24,000 nucleotides of DNA, from contig CAVSSL010000011.1 of assembly GCA_963730585.1 (NCBI GenBank), positions 982,079 through 1,006,078 on the forward strand, read 5' to 3'. The stretch comes from an uncultured Actinomycetota bacterium (GTDB taxonomy: Bacteria > Actinomycetota > Actinomycetes > Actinomycetales > Dermatophilaceae). Under the pieces are notes generated by a model. That model did not search any database. It was given only the letters and a program-made list of their open reading frames with translations, and was not told where the DNA came from. Position numbers and translations under genes: made by a program. Below are positions 7,670 to 16,975 of this stretch, one piece after another. Position 1 is the first letter of the stretch. Every line of letters begins with the position of its first letter.

Positions 7670-7715
7670 GTCGAGAGGGCGTCCAGCCCCGACGACGCAG
7701 GGTGTGCCGCCCGCC

Positions 7716-8783
7716 TCAGAGGTCGTCGCGCTGGGTCGCCTGGGCCCAGGCGTCGAGCCGGCGCAGGGCCTCGCCCGAGTCCAGGGCCTGCTCGGCCCGG
7801 TCCATGCCGCGGCGCACGCCGGCGACGAAGTCCTCCTCGGTGCTTCCGGCGTCCGGCTCGGTCAACGCCAACGCGATCCCGGCGTTGAGCACCACCGCGT
7901 CCCGCACCGGGGAGCGCTGTCCCTCGAAGACCTGCCGGGCCACGCCGGCGTTGTGCGCGGCGTCGGCACCCCGCAGGGTCTCCAGCGGGTGCAGCTCGAG
8001 CCCGACGTCGCGCGGGTCGAGCCGGTGCTCGCGCACCTGGCCGGCGCGGACCCACCACACCTGCGACGTCGTGCTGATCGTGAGCTCGTCGAGCCCGTCG
8101 TCGCCGCGGAACACCGCCGCGTCCTTCCCCCGCCCGGCGAACACGCCGGCCATGAGCGGAGCCACGCGGGCATCGGCGACGCCCACGGCGGCATACGTCG
8201 GGCGCGCCGGGTTGGTGAGCGGACCCAGGAGGTTGAAGGCGGTGCCGACGCCGAGGTCCCGGCGGGCCACGGCGGCGTGCCGCATCGAGGGGTGGAAAGT
8301 CTGCGCGAAGCAGAACGTGATGCCGGCGAGGTCGGCGACCCGCACCACCTGGTCAGGGCTCAAGGTGAGGTTGACCCCGAGGGCCTCCAGCACGTCCGCG
8401 GAGCCGGAGGACGACGAGGCCGCCCGGTTGCCGTGCTTGACCACGCGGATCCCGCTGGCGGCGATGACGATCGAGGCCATCGTGGAGATGTTGACCGTGT
8501 GGGCGCGGTCGCCGCCGGTGCCCACGATGTCCAGGCTCGGCTCGGCGACGGTGATGGGCCGCGCGTGGGCGAGCATGACGTCGGCCAGCCCGCGCACCTC
8601 GTCGACGCTCTCGCCCTTGGCGCGCAGGGCCACCAGGAAGCCGGCCTGCTGCACCGGTGAGGCCTCGCCGGTCATGATCTGGTCCATCGCCCAGGCCGCA
8701 GTCTCGGTGCTCAGGTCCTGGCCCGCGAGAAGTGAGGCCAGGAGGTCCGGCCACGTGAACGCGGCCGGCGCCGGGGAGGCCAT
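7716..8783 (-). CDS. trpD: Anthranilate phosphoribosyltransferase
   Basis: I start it at ATG 8783 ([25 protein letters not shown]...) within ORF 7716..9074. TrpD signatures: [57 protein letters not shown]. It is 355 aa. It sits next to ctaE, as in mycobacteria and Streptomyces. Confidence 0.93.
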   Translation of the reverse strand: MASPAPAAFTWPDLLASLLAGQDLSTETAAWAMDQIMTGEASPVQQAGFLVALRAKGESVDEVRGLADVMLAHARPITVAEPSLDIVGTGGDRAHTVNISTMASIVIAASGIRVVKHGNRAASSSSGSADVLEALGVNLTLSPDQVVRVADLAGITFCFAQTFHPSMRHAAVARRDLGVGTAFNLLGPLTNPARPTYAAVGVADARVAPLMAGVFAGRGKDAAVFRGDDGLDELTISTTSQVWWVRAGQVREHRLDPRDVGLELHPLETLRGADAAHNAGVARQVFEGQRSPVRDAVVLNAGIALALTEPDAGSTEEDFVAGVRRGMDRAEQALDSGEALRRLDAWAQATQRDDL

Positions 8784-8788
8784 CGGCG

Positions 8789-9253
8789 TCAGGCCGTTGC
8801 CGCGTGGCCGCGGCGCCCCAGCTCGGCGACCGCGGACGCGAGGGCGATGGGGTCGAGCGGGTGCGGCACCGCGAGGTCGGCCTGCGACCAGGTGGCCAGC
8901 CAGCCGTCCTGCGGCCGCCCGGTCAGCACCAGGATCGGCGGGCAGCTGTACAGCTCGTTCTTCAGCTGGCGGCACAGGCCCAGGCCACCGGTCGGGGCAG
9001 CCTCGCCGTCGAGCACCAGCACGTCGAAGCGGCCGTTCTCCACGGCCTCGATGACCGCAGGAGCGGTGGCGCACTCACGCCACGAGGTGACCTCGACGTC
9101 ACGCGCCGGACGGCGGCCGACGTTGACGCGGACGGCGTCGCGGGTGGTGATGTCGTCGCTGTAGAGCAGCACCGAGATCTGGCGGACGGCGGAGCCGGCA
9201 CCGGCCGTCGTCGAGGCCGGGGTCGAGGCTGCGGTCGCGTGCGGAGCGGTCAT
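8789..9253 (-). CDS. Single-domain response-regulator receiver-like protein (atypical, no output domain)
   Basis: I start it at ATG 9253 ([10 protein letters not shown]...) within ORF 8789..9352. CheY-like landmarks: LLYSDD (acidic pair), FDVLVLDGE (putative phospho-Asp), PILVLTGR (Thr). The usual Lys-Pro position reads H-P (AVPHPLDP). Its stop is 5 nt upstream of the trpD start. Confidence 0.65.
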   Translation of the reverse strand: MTAPHATAASTPASTTAGAGSAVRQISVLLYSDDITTRDAVRVNVGRRPARDVEVTSWRECATAPAVIEAVENGRFDVLVLDGEAAPTGGLGLCRQLKNELYSCPPILVLTGRPQDGWLATWSQADLAVPHPLDPIALASAVAELGRRGHAATA

Positions 9254-9260
9254 GCGGTGA

Positions 9261-9266
9261 ATCCTA
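9261..9266 (-). promoter_or_regulatory. Candidate -10 hexamer TAGGAT (minus strand), 7 nt upstream of ATG 9253 (leaderless-type)
   Basis: The minus strand reads TAGGAT-tcaccgc-ATG. Confidence 0.45.
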
Positions 9267-9463
9267 GCGGGGGCGGCGAACGGCGCCGGATGGCCTCCCT
9301 CGGAGGGTCCACGACCCCCTCGACGCGCGACCCGACCCGCCTCGCCCCACACTGCCGTCGAGCCCCATCACGCAGGCCACGGGCGCGTCGACCCCACCCG
9401 CCCCGCACGCGCACGACAGCCAACGGGGGGTCGACGGTGTGCCGCGAGGCGAATGTGGCAATA

Positions 9464-10138
9464 ATGGCGCACGTGGCGACAGCATCCGCAGTGCACTCAG
9501 GTACCCCCGGCCCCGTGGGGTCGATTCCCGGACACGGTCCCGTGACCCGACCGAACATGGTCTCGGTCGGCACGATCGTGTGGCTCTCCAGCGAGCTGAT
9601 GTTCTTCGCGGGTCTGTTCGCGATGTACTTCACGATCCGCGGCGTCGAGACCGAGCTGTGGAGCGAGCGGACGAGCATCCTGAACGTCCCCTTCGCCACC
9701 GTGAACACCCTGATCCTCGTGATCTCCTCGGTGTGGTGCCAGCTCGGCGTGCACGCGGCGGAGCACGGCAAGGCCCACCGGGGCGACGCCAAGCTCTTCA
9801 GCATCAGCGCGTGGGGCATGCGCGAGTGGTACGTGCTGACCTACATCTTCGGCGCGATCTTCGTCTCCGGGCAGGTGCTCGAGTACTCCGAGCTCGTCCA
9901 CGAGGGCGTGACGCTCGCCTCCGACGCCTACGGCTCGGTCTTCTACCTGACCACGGGCTTCCACGCCCTGCACGTCACCGGCGGCCTCCTCGCCTTCCTC
10001 CTCATCATCGGCCGCACCTTCACGACGCGGACCTACAGCCACAACCAGGCTGCGGGCGCCGTCGTGACCTCGTACTACTGGCACTTCGTCGACGTCGTGT
10101 GGATCGCGCTGTTCGCCACGATCTACCTGCTGAAGTGA
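9464..10138 (+). CDS. ctaE: Cytochrome c oxidase (aa3) subunit III
   Basis: [28 protein letters not shown]...[22 protein letters not shown]...[24 protein letters not shown] is nearly identical in pattern to M. tuberculosis CtaE (from memory). The start is uncertain. Candidates are ATG 9464, GTG 9455 (GAGG 5 nt upstream) and GTG 9473 (7 nt after AATAAT at 9460..9465, the only A/T-rich -10-like element in the 210-bp upstream region). Confidence 0.93.
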   Translation: MAHVATASAVHSGTPGPVGSIPGHGPVTRPNMVSVGTIVWLSSELMFFAGLFAMYFTIRGVETELWSERTSILNVPFATVNTLILVISSVWCQLGVHAAEHGKAHRGDAKLFSISAWGMREWYVLTYIFGAIFVSGQVLEYSELVHEGVTLASDAYGSVFYLTTGFHALHVTGGLLAFLLIIGRTFTTRTYSHNQAAGAVVTSYYWHFVDVVWIALFATIYLLK

Positions 10139-10202
10139 CAGCAATCCAACGCCGCACCCCCCACCGAACCACTCGACGACCGCACACGCACAGGAGCGCA
10201 CT

Positions 10203-10988
10203 GTGAACGCACTGGCCGCCCGCCGACGGCACCCGGCCGCCATCGCCCTCCTCATCCTGGTGGGCCTGCTGGTGACCGGTGCGGCGTACGCCGCCCTGGC
10301 GCCGAAGCCGGCCCAGGCCTCCGCCGTGAGCGCCGACCAGGTCGAGCAGGGCAAGAAGCTCTTCCAGGCCAACTGCTCGACCTGCCACGGGCTGGGCGCC
10401 GAGGGCACGAAGGACGGGCCGAGCCTGGCCGGGGTCGGTGCCGCCGCCGTCGACTTCCAGGTCGGCACCGGTCGCATGCCCATGACGCGTCCGGACGTGC
10501 AGGCCCCGCGCAAGGACGAGGTGGTCTTCAGCGACGAGGAGATCGCCGCGATGGCCGCCTACGTGGCCTCGCTGGCCCCCGGGCCGGCCGTGCCCGACGA
10601 GGAGTACACCTCCGGCGAGGGCGGTGACGTCGCCAAGGGCGCCGAGCTCTTCCGCGTCAACTGCGCCATGTGCCACAACTTCGCCGGCTCCGGCGGTGCG
10701 CTGACCCGGGGCAAGTACGCCCCGTCCCTGCGCGACGTCGAGGGCAAGCACATCTACGAGGCGATGGTCACCGGCCCCCAGTCGATGCCCGTCTTCAACG
10801 ACACGAACATCAGCCCGGAGAGCAAGCGCGACATCGTCGCCTTCCTGCACACGCTGGACAAGCAGGAGAACGTCGGCGGCATGACGCTGGGCAACCTCGG
10901 CCCCGTCTCCGAGGGACTGTTCATCTGGGTGTTCGGTCTCGGCATCATGATCGGCTTGGCCGTCTGGCTCGGACAGAAATCCGCCTGA
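10203..10988 (+). CDS. qcrC: Cytochrome bc1 complex dihaem cytochrome c subunit
   Basis: GTG start with AGGAG 6 nt upstream. There are two haem-c motifs, CSTCHG and CAMCHN. It has an N-terminal signal/anchor and a C-terminal TM helix (LFIWVFGLGIMIGLAVWL). Confidence 0.93.
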   Translation: MNALAARRRHPAAIALLILVGLLVTGAAYAALAPKPAQASAVSADQVEQGKKLFQANCSTCHGLGAEGTKDGPSLAGVGAAAVDFQVGTGRMPMTRPDVQAPRKDEVVFSDEEIAAMAAYVASLAPGPAVPDEEYTSGEGGDVAKGAELFRVNCAMCHNFAGSGGALTRGKYAPSLRDVEGKHIYEAMVTGPQSMPVFNDTNISPESKRDIVAFLHTLDKQENVGGMTLGNLGPVSEGLFIWVFGLGIMIGLAVWLGQKSA

Positions 10989-11034
10989 TGCCCCCCGCAC
11001 TCGACCACTGCGAACCGACAGGATCGACCACAGC

Positions 11035-12126
11035 ATGAACGAACACGGCACTGAGCACGGCGGCCAGGTGGCGCAGCCGGGATCCGAGGGCTACGGCAGC
11101 TCTGCGGTGCGGCTCGACCAGGGGCACATCGAGGGCACGGGCGGCCTGCCCGAGCGCTTCGAGAACCCCGGCTTCCCCCCGCACATCCACCGGGCCGCGG
11201 ACCTCGACGAGCGCGCCGCCAAGCGGGCCGAGAAGCAGGTCGCCACGCTGTTCGGCCTCTCGATGCTCGGCACCCTCGTCTTCATCGTGGCCTACTTCGC
11301 CATCCCGATGGAGAACCAGGTCTTCATCCCGGGCATCGGCAGGGCCAACGCGTCCAACGTCGTCCTCGGTGTCTCGCTGGCCTTCGGCCTGCTCGGCATC
11401 GGCCTCGGTGCGGTCCACTGGGCCAAGACCCTGATGCCGGACGAGGAGATGGTCGAGGAGCGCCACCCGCTGCGCTCGTCCGACGAGGCCCGCGGCGGGT
11501 TCGTCAAGACCATGCTCACCGGTGGCACCGACGCGCAGCTCGACCGTCGTCCGCTCATCAAGTACAGCCTCGGCGGCGCGCTCGGCCTCTTCGCGCTCCC
11601 CATCGTGCTGCAGGTGGCCGGCAGCCTCGGCCCGCTGCCGAAGGACGAGCTGTCCAAGACCATGTGGAAGAAGGGCGACCGCCTCGTGCGCGACCCCGAG
11701 CGCACCCCGATCAAGGCGACCGACGTGACCATCGGTTCGGTCTTCCACGTGCTGCCCGAGTCCATCAAGGAGTCGGAGCACGTCCTCGAGGACAAGGCCA
11801 AGGCCGCCGTCCTCCTCATGCGCCTCGAGCCCGAGGCCATCAAGGTCGCCAAGGCGCGCGACTGGGGCTACGAGGGCATCGTCGCCTACTCGAAGATCTG
11901 CACGCACGTGGGCTGCCCCGTCGGCCTCTACGAGCAGCAGACGCACCACCTGCTGTGCCCGTGTCACCAGTCCACCTTCGACGTGACGCAGGACTGCAAG
12001 GTCATCTTCGGCCCGGCCAAGCGACCCCTGCCGCAGCTGAAGATCACTGTTGACGCCGAGGGTTACCTGGTGGCTGACGCCCCGTTCCGCGAGGCTGTCG
12101 GCCCGAGCTTCTGGGAGCGTGGATGA
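11035..12126 (+). CDS. qcrA: Cytochrome bc1 complex Rieske iron-sulfur subunit
   Basis: The Rieske 2Fe-2S boxes CTHVGCPV and CPCHQSTF are present. It has the N-terminal TM helices typical of actinobacterial QcrA. Its stop overlaps the qcrB start (ATGA at 12123..12126). Confidence 0.93.
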   Translation: MNEHGTEHGGQVAQPGSEGYGSSAVRLDQGHIEGTGGLPERFENPGFPPHIHRAADLDERAAKRAEKQVATLFGLSMLGTLVFIVAYFAIPMENQVFIPGIGRANASNVVLGVSLAFGLLGIGLGAVHWAKTLMPDEEMVEERHPLRSSDEARGGFVKTMLTGGTDAQLDRRPLIKYSLGGALGLFALPIVLQVAGSLGPLPKDELSKTMWKKGDRLVRDPERTPIKATDVTIGSVFHVLPESIKESEHVLEDKAKAAVLLMRLEPEAIKVAKARDWGYEGIVAYSKICTHVGCPVGLYEQQTHHLLCPCHQSTFDVTQDCKVIFGPAKRPLPQLKITVDAEGYLVADAPFREAVGPSFWERG

Positions 12127-13907
12127 GCACCACCGCACACACCGCATCAGGCGCAGACCGCCTGCGCGCCAACGACCCCCAGCCCGAGGCACCCGTCGGT
12201 GGCGGCATGAGGAAGGTCGGCGGCGTGGCCGGCTGGGTCGACGACCGCACCGGTGCCGCCAAGGGCGTCGGCTACCTCATGAAGAAGGTCTTCCCCGACC
12301 ACTGGTCGTTCATGCTCGGGGAGGTGGCGATGTACTCGATGATCATCTGCCTCCTCACCGGCGCCTTCCTCACCTTCTGGTTCGTCCCGAGCGCCGGGCA
12401 GGTCGTCTACGACGGCTCCTACCTGCCGCTCAAGGGCGTCACGATGTCCGAGGCCTACCGGTCCACGCTGGACATCTCCTTCGACATCCGCGGTGGCCTC
12501 ATCATCCGGCAGATCCACCACTGGGCGGCGCTGCTGTTCATCGTGGCGATCAACGTCCACATGATGCGCGTGTTCTTCACCGGCGCCTTCCGCAAGCCGC
12601 GTGAGCTCAACTGGGTCCTCGGCGCGCAGCTGTCGATGCTGGCCCTGGTCGAGGGCTTCGCGGGTTACTCGCTCCCCGACGACCTGCTGTCCGGCACCGG
12701 CCTGCGCGCCGCCGAGGGCTTCATGCGCTCGGTTCCCGTGGTGGGCAGCTACCTCTCGTACTTCGTGTTCGACGGCGCGTTCCCGGGTGAGGCGATCATC
12801 CCCCGCCTGTATGCCGTGCACGTCCTGCTGCTCCCGGCGATCCTCGTCGGCCTGTTCACCGTGCACATCGTGCTGGTGGCCGTGCAGAAGCACACCCAGT
12901 ACCCCGGGCCCGGCCGCACCAACGAGAACGTGGTCGGCTTCCCGGTGATGCCGGTGTATGCCGCCAAGGCCGGTGGGTTCTTCTTCATCGTCTTCGGCGT
13001 GGTCGCCCTGATCTCTGCCCTGGTGACGATCAACCCGATCTGGGCCTACGGCCCCTACGACCCGTCGCCGGTGACGGCTGGCTCCCAGCCCGACTGGTAC
13101 ATGGGCTTCGCCGACGGCGCCCTGCGACTGCTGCCGGGCTTCCTGGAGTTCGAGGCCTTCGGGTTCACCTTCAGCTTCAACGTCATGATCGGCGCCATCC
13201 TGCTGATCCCGGTCATGTACGGCCTGATCACCCTCTACCCCTTCCTCGAGGAGTGGGTGACCGGTGACAAGCGCGAGCACCACCTGCTGGACCGCCCGCG
13301 CAACAACCCGACCCGCACCGGCATCGGCATGGCCGGCATCGCCGCCTACTGCGTGCTGATGTTCGCGGCCGGCAACGACCTGATGGCGATCAAGCTGCAC
13401 CTGTCCATCAACGACATCACGATGATGCTGCGCACGCTCTTCTTCGTGCTGCCGCCGGTCGTCTACTGGATCACCAAGCGGATCTGCCTGAGCCTGCAGC
13501 GCCGCGACCGCGACCTGGTGCTGCACGGCCGCGAGACCGGGCGCATCATCCGCACCGCGGAGGGCCGCTTCTACGAGCAGCACGAGCCGCTCGACCCGTA
13601 CACCCGCTGGAACATGGTGCAGCACGAGCAGCACCGCCCGCTCGAGCTGGAGTCCGGTGTCGACGAGAACGGCGTCGCCGCCCCGAACGCCCGCAGCCAG
13701 CGCCTGCGCGCGAAGGTGTCGCGGTTCTACTTCAACGACCGCGTCGAGCCCGTCACGCCCGCCGAGCTGGAGGCCGCCCACCACGACGGACACCACGTCG
13801 AGGCGATCGAGCACCAGGAGCCCGGTGGGGCGCCGCTCGTGGAGATGGCGTCGTCCACCTCCGGCGACAACCCGGACGCCACGGAGTCCGGTCGCGAGGG
13901 TCACTGA
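12123..13907 (+). CDS. qcrB: Cytochrome bc1 complex cytochrome b subunit
   Basis: 594 aa, polytopic. It has the cytochrome b haem-ligand region IRQIHHWAALLFIVAINVHMMRVFFTGAFRKPRELNW and the long hydrophilic C-terminal extension typical of actinobacterial QcrB. Confidence 0.93.
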   Translation: MSTTAHTASGADRLRANDPQPEAPVGGGMRKVGGVAGWVDDRTGAAKGVGYLMKKVFPDHWSFMLGEVAMYSMIICLLTGAFLTFWFVPSAGQVVYDGSYLPLKGVTMSEAYRSTLDISFDIRGGLIIRQIHHWAALLFIVAINVHMMRVFFTGAFRKPRELNWVLGAQLSMLALVEGFAGYSLPDDLLSGTGLRAAEGFMRSVPVVGSYLSYFVFDGAFPGEAIIPRLYAVHVLLLPAILVGLFTVHIVLVAVQKHTQYPGPGRTNENVVGFPVMPVYAAKAGGFFFIVFGVVALISALVTINPIWAYGPYDPSPVTAGSQPDWYMGFADGALRLLPGFLEFEAFGFTFSFNVMIGAILLIPVMYGLITLYPFLEEWVTGDKREHHLLDRPRNNPTRTGIGMAGIAAYCVLMFAAGNDLMAIKLHLSINDITMMLRTLFFVLPPVVYWITKRICLSLQRRDRDLVLHGRETGRIIRTAEGRFYEQHEPLDPYTRWNMVQHEQHRPLELESGVDENGVAAPNARSQRLRAKVSRFYFNDRVEPVTPAELEAAHHDGHHVEAIEHQEPGGAPLVEMASSTSGDNPDATESGREGH

Positions 13908-13930
13908 CCTCGGCGCCCACGGTCGCACGT

Positions 13931-13966
13931 CAGAGTGCCGCGTTCCCTCGGGGACGCGGCACTCTG
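13931..13966. terminator. GC-rich hairpin between convergent qcrB and the DUF167 gene (likely bidirectional intrinsic terminator)
   Basis: CAGAGTGCCGCGT-tccctcgggg-ACGCGGCACTCTG: a 13-bp perfect stem, extendable by inner C-G pairs, 24 nt after the qcrB stop. There is no U-tract, which is common in high-GC actinobacteria. Confidence 0.6.
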
Positions 13967-14004
13967 CATTTCATCGACTGCTGCGGTTCATCGACCGCTG
14001 CGTC

Positions 14005-14292
14005 TCACGGACCGCCGAGCAGCTCGGCCAGCCGTTCCGTCGCTCCAGCCGGCGCTGGGTCGATCTCGAGCACCTTCGTGCGGCTGCGCTCCCCCGTCAC
14101 CAGGCGCACATCACGGTCCCGTACGCCGAAGGCCTGGGCCACCGCCCTCAGGACGGCGGCCGTGGCGGCCCCGTCGACCGCGCGTTGGGCAACGGCGACC
14201 ACGAGCGTGGGCCCGTGCTCACCCGGCTCGCCGTAGCGGCCCCCCACGGCGGTGCGGGACGCGCCGGGCCGGACCCTCACCGTGATGCGCAT
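14005..14292 (-). CDS. DUF167 (YggU-like) family protein
   Basis: I start it at ATG 14292 within ORF 14005..14463: MRITVRVRPGASRTAVGGRYGEPGEHGPTLVVAVAQRAVDGAATAAVLRAVAQAFGVRDRDVRLVTGERSRTKVLEID. It parallels the E. coli YggU pattern (L.L.+.P.ASR....G......+.V.+.A.PVDG.AN..+..FL...F.V....V.+..G..SR.K.+.I, from memory). The upstream Ser/Thr-rich extension looks non-coding. Confidence 0.75.
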   Translation of the reverse strand: MRITVRVRPGASRTAVGGRYGEPGEHGPTLVVAVAQRAVDGAATAAVLRAVAQAFGVRDRDVRLVTGERSRTKVLEIDPAPAGATERLAELLGGP

Positions 14293-14326
14293 GCGGGCAT
14301 CATGGCAGGCTGGGCGCGTGCACGAG

Positions 14327-14671
14327 ATGAGCCGATCGGAGTTCGAGGACGCCGTCGGCGACGCGCTCGACGCCGTGCCAGCAGAGCTGATGGGGCTGCT
14401 CGACAACGTGGTCTTCTTCGTCGAGGACGAGCCGCCGCCGGACGACCCCGACCTGCTCGGCATCTACGACGGCGTCCCGCTGACCGAGCGTGGCGACGCC
14501 TGGGCCATGGGCGCGCTCCCCGACCGCATCACCATCTACCGGGGCCCGCTGCTGCGGATGTGCGCCGACCGCGACGAGCTGCTCGACGAGATCGCGATCA
14601 CCGTGGTCCACGAGATCGCGCACCACTTCGGCATCGACGACCGGCGCCTGCACGAGCTGGGCTGGGGCTAG
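14327..14671 (+). CDS. Zincin-like metallopeptidase family protein (DUF1025/Zincin_1-type)
   Basis: I start it at ATG 14327 (MSRSEFEDAVGDALDAVPAEL...) within ORF 14252..14671; GTG 14318 is an alternative. It has the characteristic VVFFVEDEP...L.G+Y.G.PLTER and the C-terminal ITVVHEIAHHFGIDD (HExxH). Confidence 0.8.
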   Translation: MSRSEFEDAVGDALDAVPAELMGLLDNVVFFVEDEPPPDDPDLLGIYDGVPLTERGDAWAMGALPDRITIYRGPLLRMCADRDELLDEIAITVVHEIAHHFGIDDRRLHELGWG

Positions 14672-14685
14672 CCGCGACTGCGGCT

Positions 14686-14717
14686 GTGCCGTGCCCCGGA
14701 GAACCGGGGCACGGCAC
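14686..14717. terminator. Perfect 14-bp hairpin between convergent genes (likely bidirectional terminator)
   Basis: GTGCCGTGCCCCGG-agaa-CCGGGGCACGGCAC. It lies 15 nt after the metallopeptidase stop and 47 nt after the stop of the minus-strand secreted-protein gene. Confidence 0.6.
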
Positions 14718-14763
14718 GTGGTCGTCACGCGTGGACGTACTGCGTGATCGTCCTGGCGCTGGG

Positions 14764-15579
14764 TCAGCGCTTGGAACCTGACGACAGCTGCACCGTCTGC
14801 TCCGCGTAGCCGACAGCGCACTCGAAGACGCCGCAGGCCCACGTGAAGGCCACCGACGCGCTCTTGCCGCCGCGGAACAGGCCGTTGTCGCTCGTGACGA
14901 CGGCCTCCCACGGGTGCACGGCCCCGTCGCAGGTGAGCGGGTTGACGAAGAACCAGCCGGTGATCTTCATGCGTCCCACCCGCTGGGTGAGCGTGCCGTC
15001 GACGTCGCTGCTGAACTCGTCGGCGTTGAGGCACGAGTAGGTGCCGGTCAGGCGGGCGCTGCCGTCCTTGTAGGCCACGCCCTTGGGGTCGACGGTCACG
15101 GTGGCCTCCGGTGACGGCGGCGCCTGGTCGAAGGTCACCTCGAGGGTCCCACCATCGGTCGCGGTGTCGGAGAAGGCGACCACGTAGTAGGTCTGGCCGG
15201 GGCTGGTGTTGAAGCCCACGGTCGTCGGTCCACACGCGACGAGGTTGCCCAGCGACGGGTCACCCTCGGTCACCATGAAGCCACCGGTGTAGGACGACGC
15301 GGACATGTCGGCCAGCACCCCGCCACCGTCGGGGTCGGTGTAGGCGAACCAGACGCTGTTGTTGGTGAAGGGCGCGCCACAGCTGGCGTTCAGGGCGGCG
15401 TCGAGCGCGTCGGTGGTGGCCTCGGTGGTGTCCTGCGTGATCGTGGTCGGCAGCGCCGTGACGGCCGTGGCGCCAGCGGCGGTGTCATTGGCCGGCGGCG
15501 CGGCCTGGGCGACGCCCGCGACGGCCGGCAGCATGAGCAGAGCGACGGCGGCGGACAAGGTGGAGCGGACAAGCCTCAT
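14764..15579 (-). CDS. Secreted protein of unknown function (Sec signal peptide, six Cys in the mature part)
   Basis: I start it at ATG 15579 (MRLVRSTLSAAVALLMLPAVAGVAQA|APPANDT...) within ORF 14764..15636. GGGGGA lies about 5 nt upstream. The mature protein has 6 Cys (NASCG, LVACG, YSCLN, LTCDG, WACG, FECA) and appears to have two beta-rich halves separated by a PPSPE linker. I recognise no catalytic motif. Confidence 0.75.
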   Translation of the reverse strand: MRLVRSTLSAAVALLMLPAVAGVAQAAPPANDTAAGATAVTALPTTITQDTTEATTDALDAALNASCGAPFTNNSVWFAYTDPDGGGVLADMSASSYTGGFMVTEGDPSLGNLVACGPTTVGFNTSPGQTYYVVAFSDTATDGGTLEVTFDQAPPSPEATVTVDPKGVAYKDGSARLTGTYSCLNADEFSSDVDGTLTQRVGRMKITGWFFVNPLTCDGAVHPWEAVVTSDNGLFRGGKSASVAFTWACGVFECAVGYAEQTVQLSSGSKR

Positions 15580-15698
15580 GTGGATCCCCCTCTTCGGTGG
15601 ACGGCTCCCCTCTGAGCCGTCTCGGGGCACATCCATGCAGATCCGACGTGGCTCGGCTGCCCTTTTGACCGAAGTCTGGGGAAAGCCGTGGCACAGAA

Positions 15699-15715
15699 CG
15701 GGACAAGCCGTCCCG
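15699..15715 (-). terminator. Weak hairpin after the L,D-transpeptidase gene
   Basis: The minus strand reads CGGGAC-ggctt-GTCCCG followed by TTCTGTG, 16 nt after the ldt stop. The stem is only 6 bp. Confidence 0.25.
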
Positions 15716-15730
15716 GAATCCCCGTCGCGC

Positions 15731-16975
15731 TCAGGCGAGGGCGCTCTGGGCCTTCCAGCCGGCGAAGTCGTACATCCAGACGCCGATGCCTTCGTGCGGC
15801 TGGAAGCGGCGGCCCGACCCCGTGAAGTCCACGACGTCGCCGACCTTGGAGTTCTCGAACATCCACCTGGCGTTGGCGGGCGACATGTTGACGCAGCCGT
15901 GCGAGACGTTGGCCGACCCCTGCGAGCCCACCGACCACGGGGCCGAGTGGAGGTACTCCCCCGTCCAGGTCACGCGCAGGTTCCACTGGGTCTTGATGTT
16001 GTAGTAGTCCGGGTCGCCCTTCTTGATGCCCACCGTCGTGGAGTCCATGGTGACCTCACCCTCCTTGCGGATGATCACCTTGGTGCCGTAGCGGGTCTCG
16101 GTGAGCGGGCCCGGCTTGCCGGTGCTCACGGGGATCACCTTCACGACCTGGCCGCCACGGCGGACCGTCATGGTGTGGGCCTTCATGTCGACGGTGCTCA
16201 CCATCGACGAGCCGATGGTGAAGGACGCCTGGTCGTCGTTGGCCACCCACTTGTCCGGGCCGGTCTGCACGCCGGTCAGCGGGGCGTTGACGGTGACCTT
16301 GGTACCCGGCGTCCAGTAGTCCGCCGGGCGCCACATCAGCTGGCGGTTGTCCAGCCAGCCCCAGGCGCCCCTGGTCTGCGGGACGGTCTTCACGGACACG
16401 CGCTTCTCGACCTCGGCGCGCATCGCCTCGGAGGTGACGGCGGAGTCGAACTGGATGCTCACCGGCATACCCACCCCGACCGTCATGCCGGCGTTGAGGA
16501 TGCCGTAGGTGGCGGTGACCTTGGGCTTGAGGGTGCGGAACGAGGACGTCACCGTGGTCGGCGAGCCGTCCGGACCGGTGGCCTTGACCGTGACCGTGTA
16601 TGCCGTGTCGGGCCGCAGGCGCTGCTTCGAGGCCCACGCGGCGGTGCCGCTCTTCTGACCCGCGACGGAACCGCCCTTCGCGTCCTTGACCGTGACCGAC
16701 TCCAGGGTGCCGGTCCTCGCCGTCACCGTGACCTTCTTCGAGGGCAGCACGCCCGTGGCGTCGTCCGCAGGCATGACGGTGACCTCGGCCGGGGTCGCGC
16801 TCGGCGAGGGCGGCGCCGTCTCCGCGGCAGGCGCGGCGCCGGACGGCACCGTCCCAGCGGCCGCGGTTCCGGAACCGGCGTCGCAGCCCGCAGCCGCCAA
16901 CACGGTCCCCATCAGGGCCGCCGCTGCCGCGGCACGGTGTCTCCTGGCCTTGCTGAACACGCTCGCTCCTGCCAT
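15731..16975 (-). CDS. L,D-transpeptidase (YkuD domain), probable lipoprotein, LdtMt2-like architecture
   Basis: I start it at ATG 16975 (MAGASVFSKARRHRAAAAAALMGTVLAAAGC|DAG...) within ORF 15731..17542; GGGGG lies 6 nt upstream. The N-terminal Ig-like repeats are followed by the YkuD catalytic region ...YLHSAPWSVGSQGSANVSHGCVNMSPANARWMF (the HxxxxxxxxxxxxxxxSHGC motif). Confidence 0.88.
   Translation of the reverse strand: MAGASVFSKARRHRAAAAAALMGTVLAAAGCDAGSGTAAAGTVPSGAAPAAETAPPSPSATPAEVTVMPADDATGVLPSKKVTVTARTGTLESVTVKDAKGGSVAGQKSGTAAWASKQRLRPDTAYTVTVKATGPDGSPTTVTSSFRTLKPKVTATYGILNAGMTVGVGMPVSIQFDSAVTSEAMRAEVEKRVSVKTVPQTRGAWGWLDNRQLMWRPADYWTPGTKVTVNAPLTGVQTGPDKWVANDDQASFTIGSSMVSTVDMKAHTMTVRRGGQVVKVIPVSTGKPGPLTETRYGTKVIIRKEGEVTMDSTTVGIKKGDPDYYNIKTQWNLRVTWTGEYLHSAPWSVGSQGSANVSHGCVNMSPANARWMFENSKVGDVVDFTGSGRRFQPHEGIGVWMYDFAGWKAQSALA

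Noticed and set aside
7716-9352. Upstream extensions of track ORFs (trpD to 9074; receiver to 9352). The same applies to ldt to 17542, DUF167 to 14463, the secreted protein to 15636, the nuclease from 5431 and the 4-Cys ORF to 6206.
   Set aside because: The extensions run through neighbouring genes or intergenic DNA. They have poorer third-position bias and low-complexity translations. Shorter starts agree with homologue N-termini, signal peptides, SD sequences or -10 hexamers.
10945-13928. Long antisense ORFs opposite qcrA and qcrB (10945..12192 and 12147..13928, minus strand)
   Set aside because: Same high-GC antisense artefact. The sense strand encodes unmistakable Rieske and cytochrome b proteins.
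15600-15621. 8-bp hairpin GACGGCTC-ccctct-GAGCCGTC just upstream of the secreted-protein SD, considered as a regulatory element
   Set aside because: It is short, isolated and without a recognisable motif. I cannot distinguish it from chance structure in GC-rich DNA.
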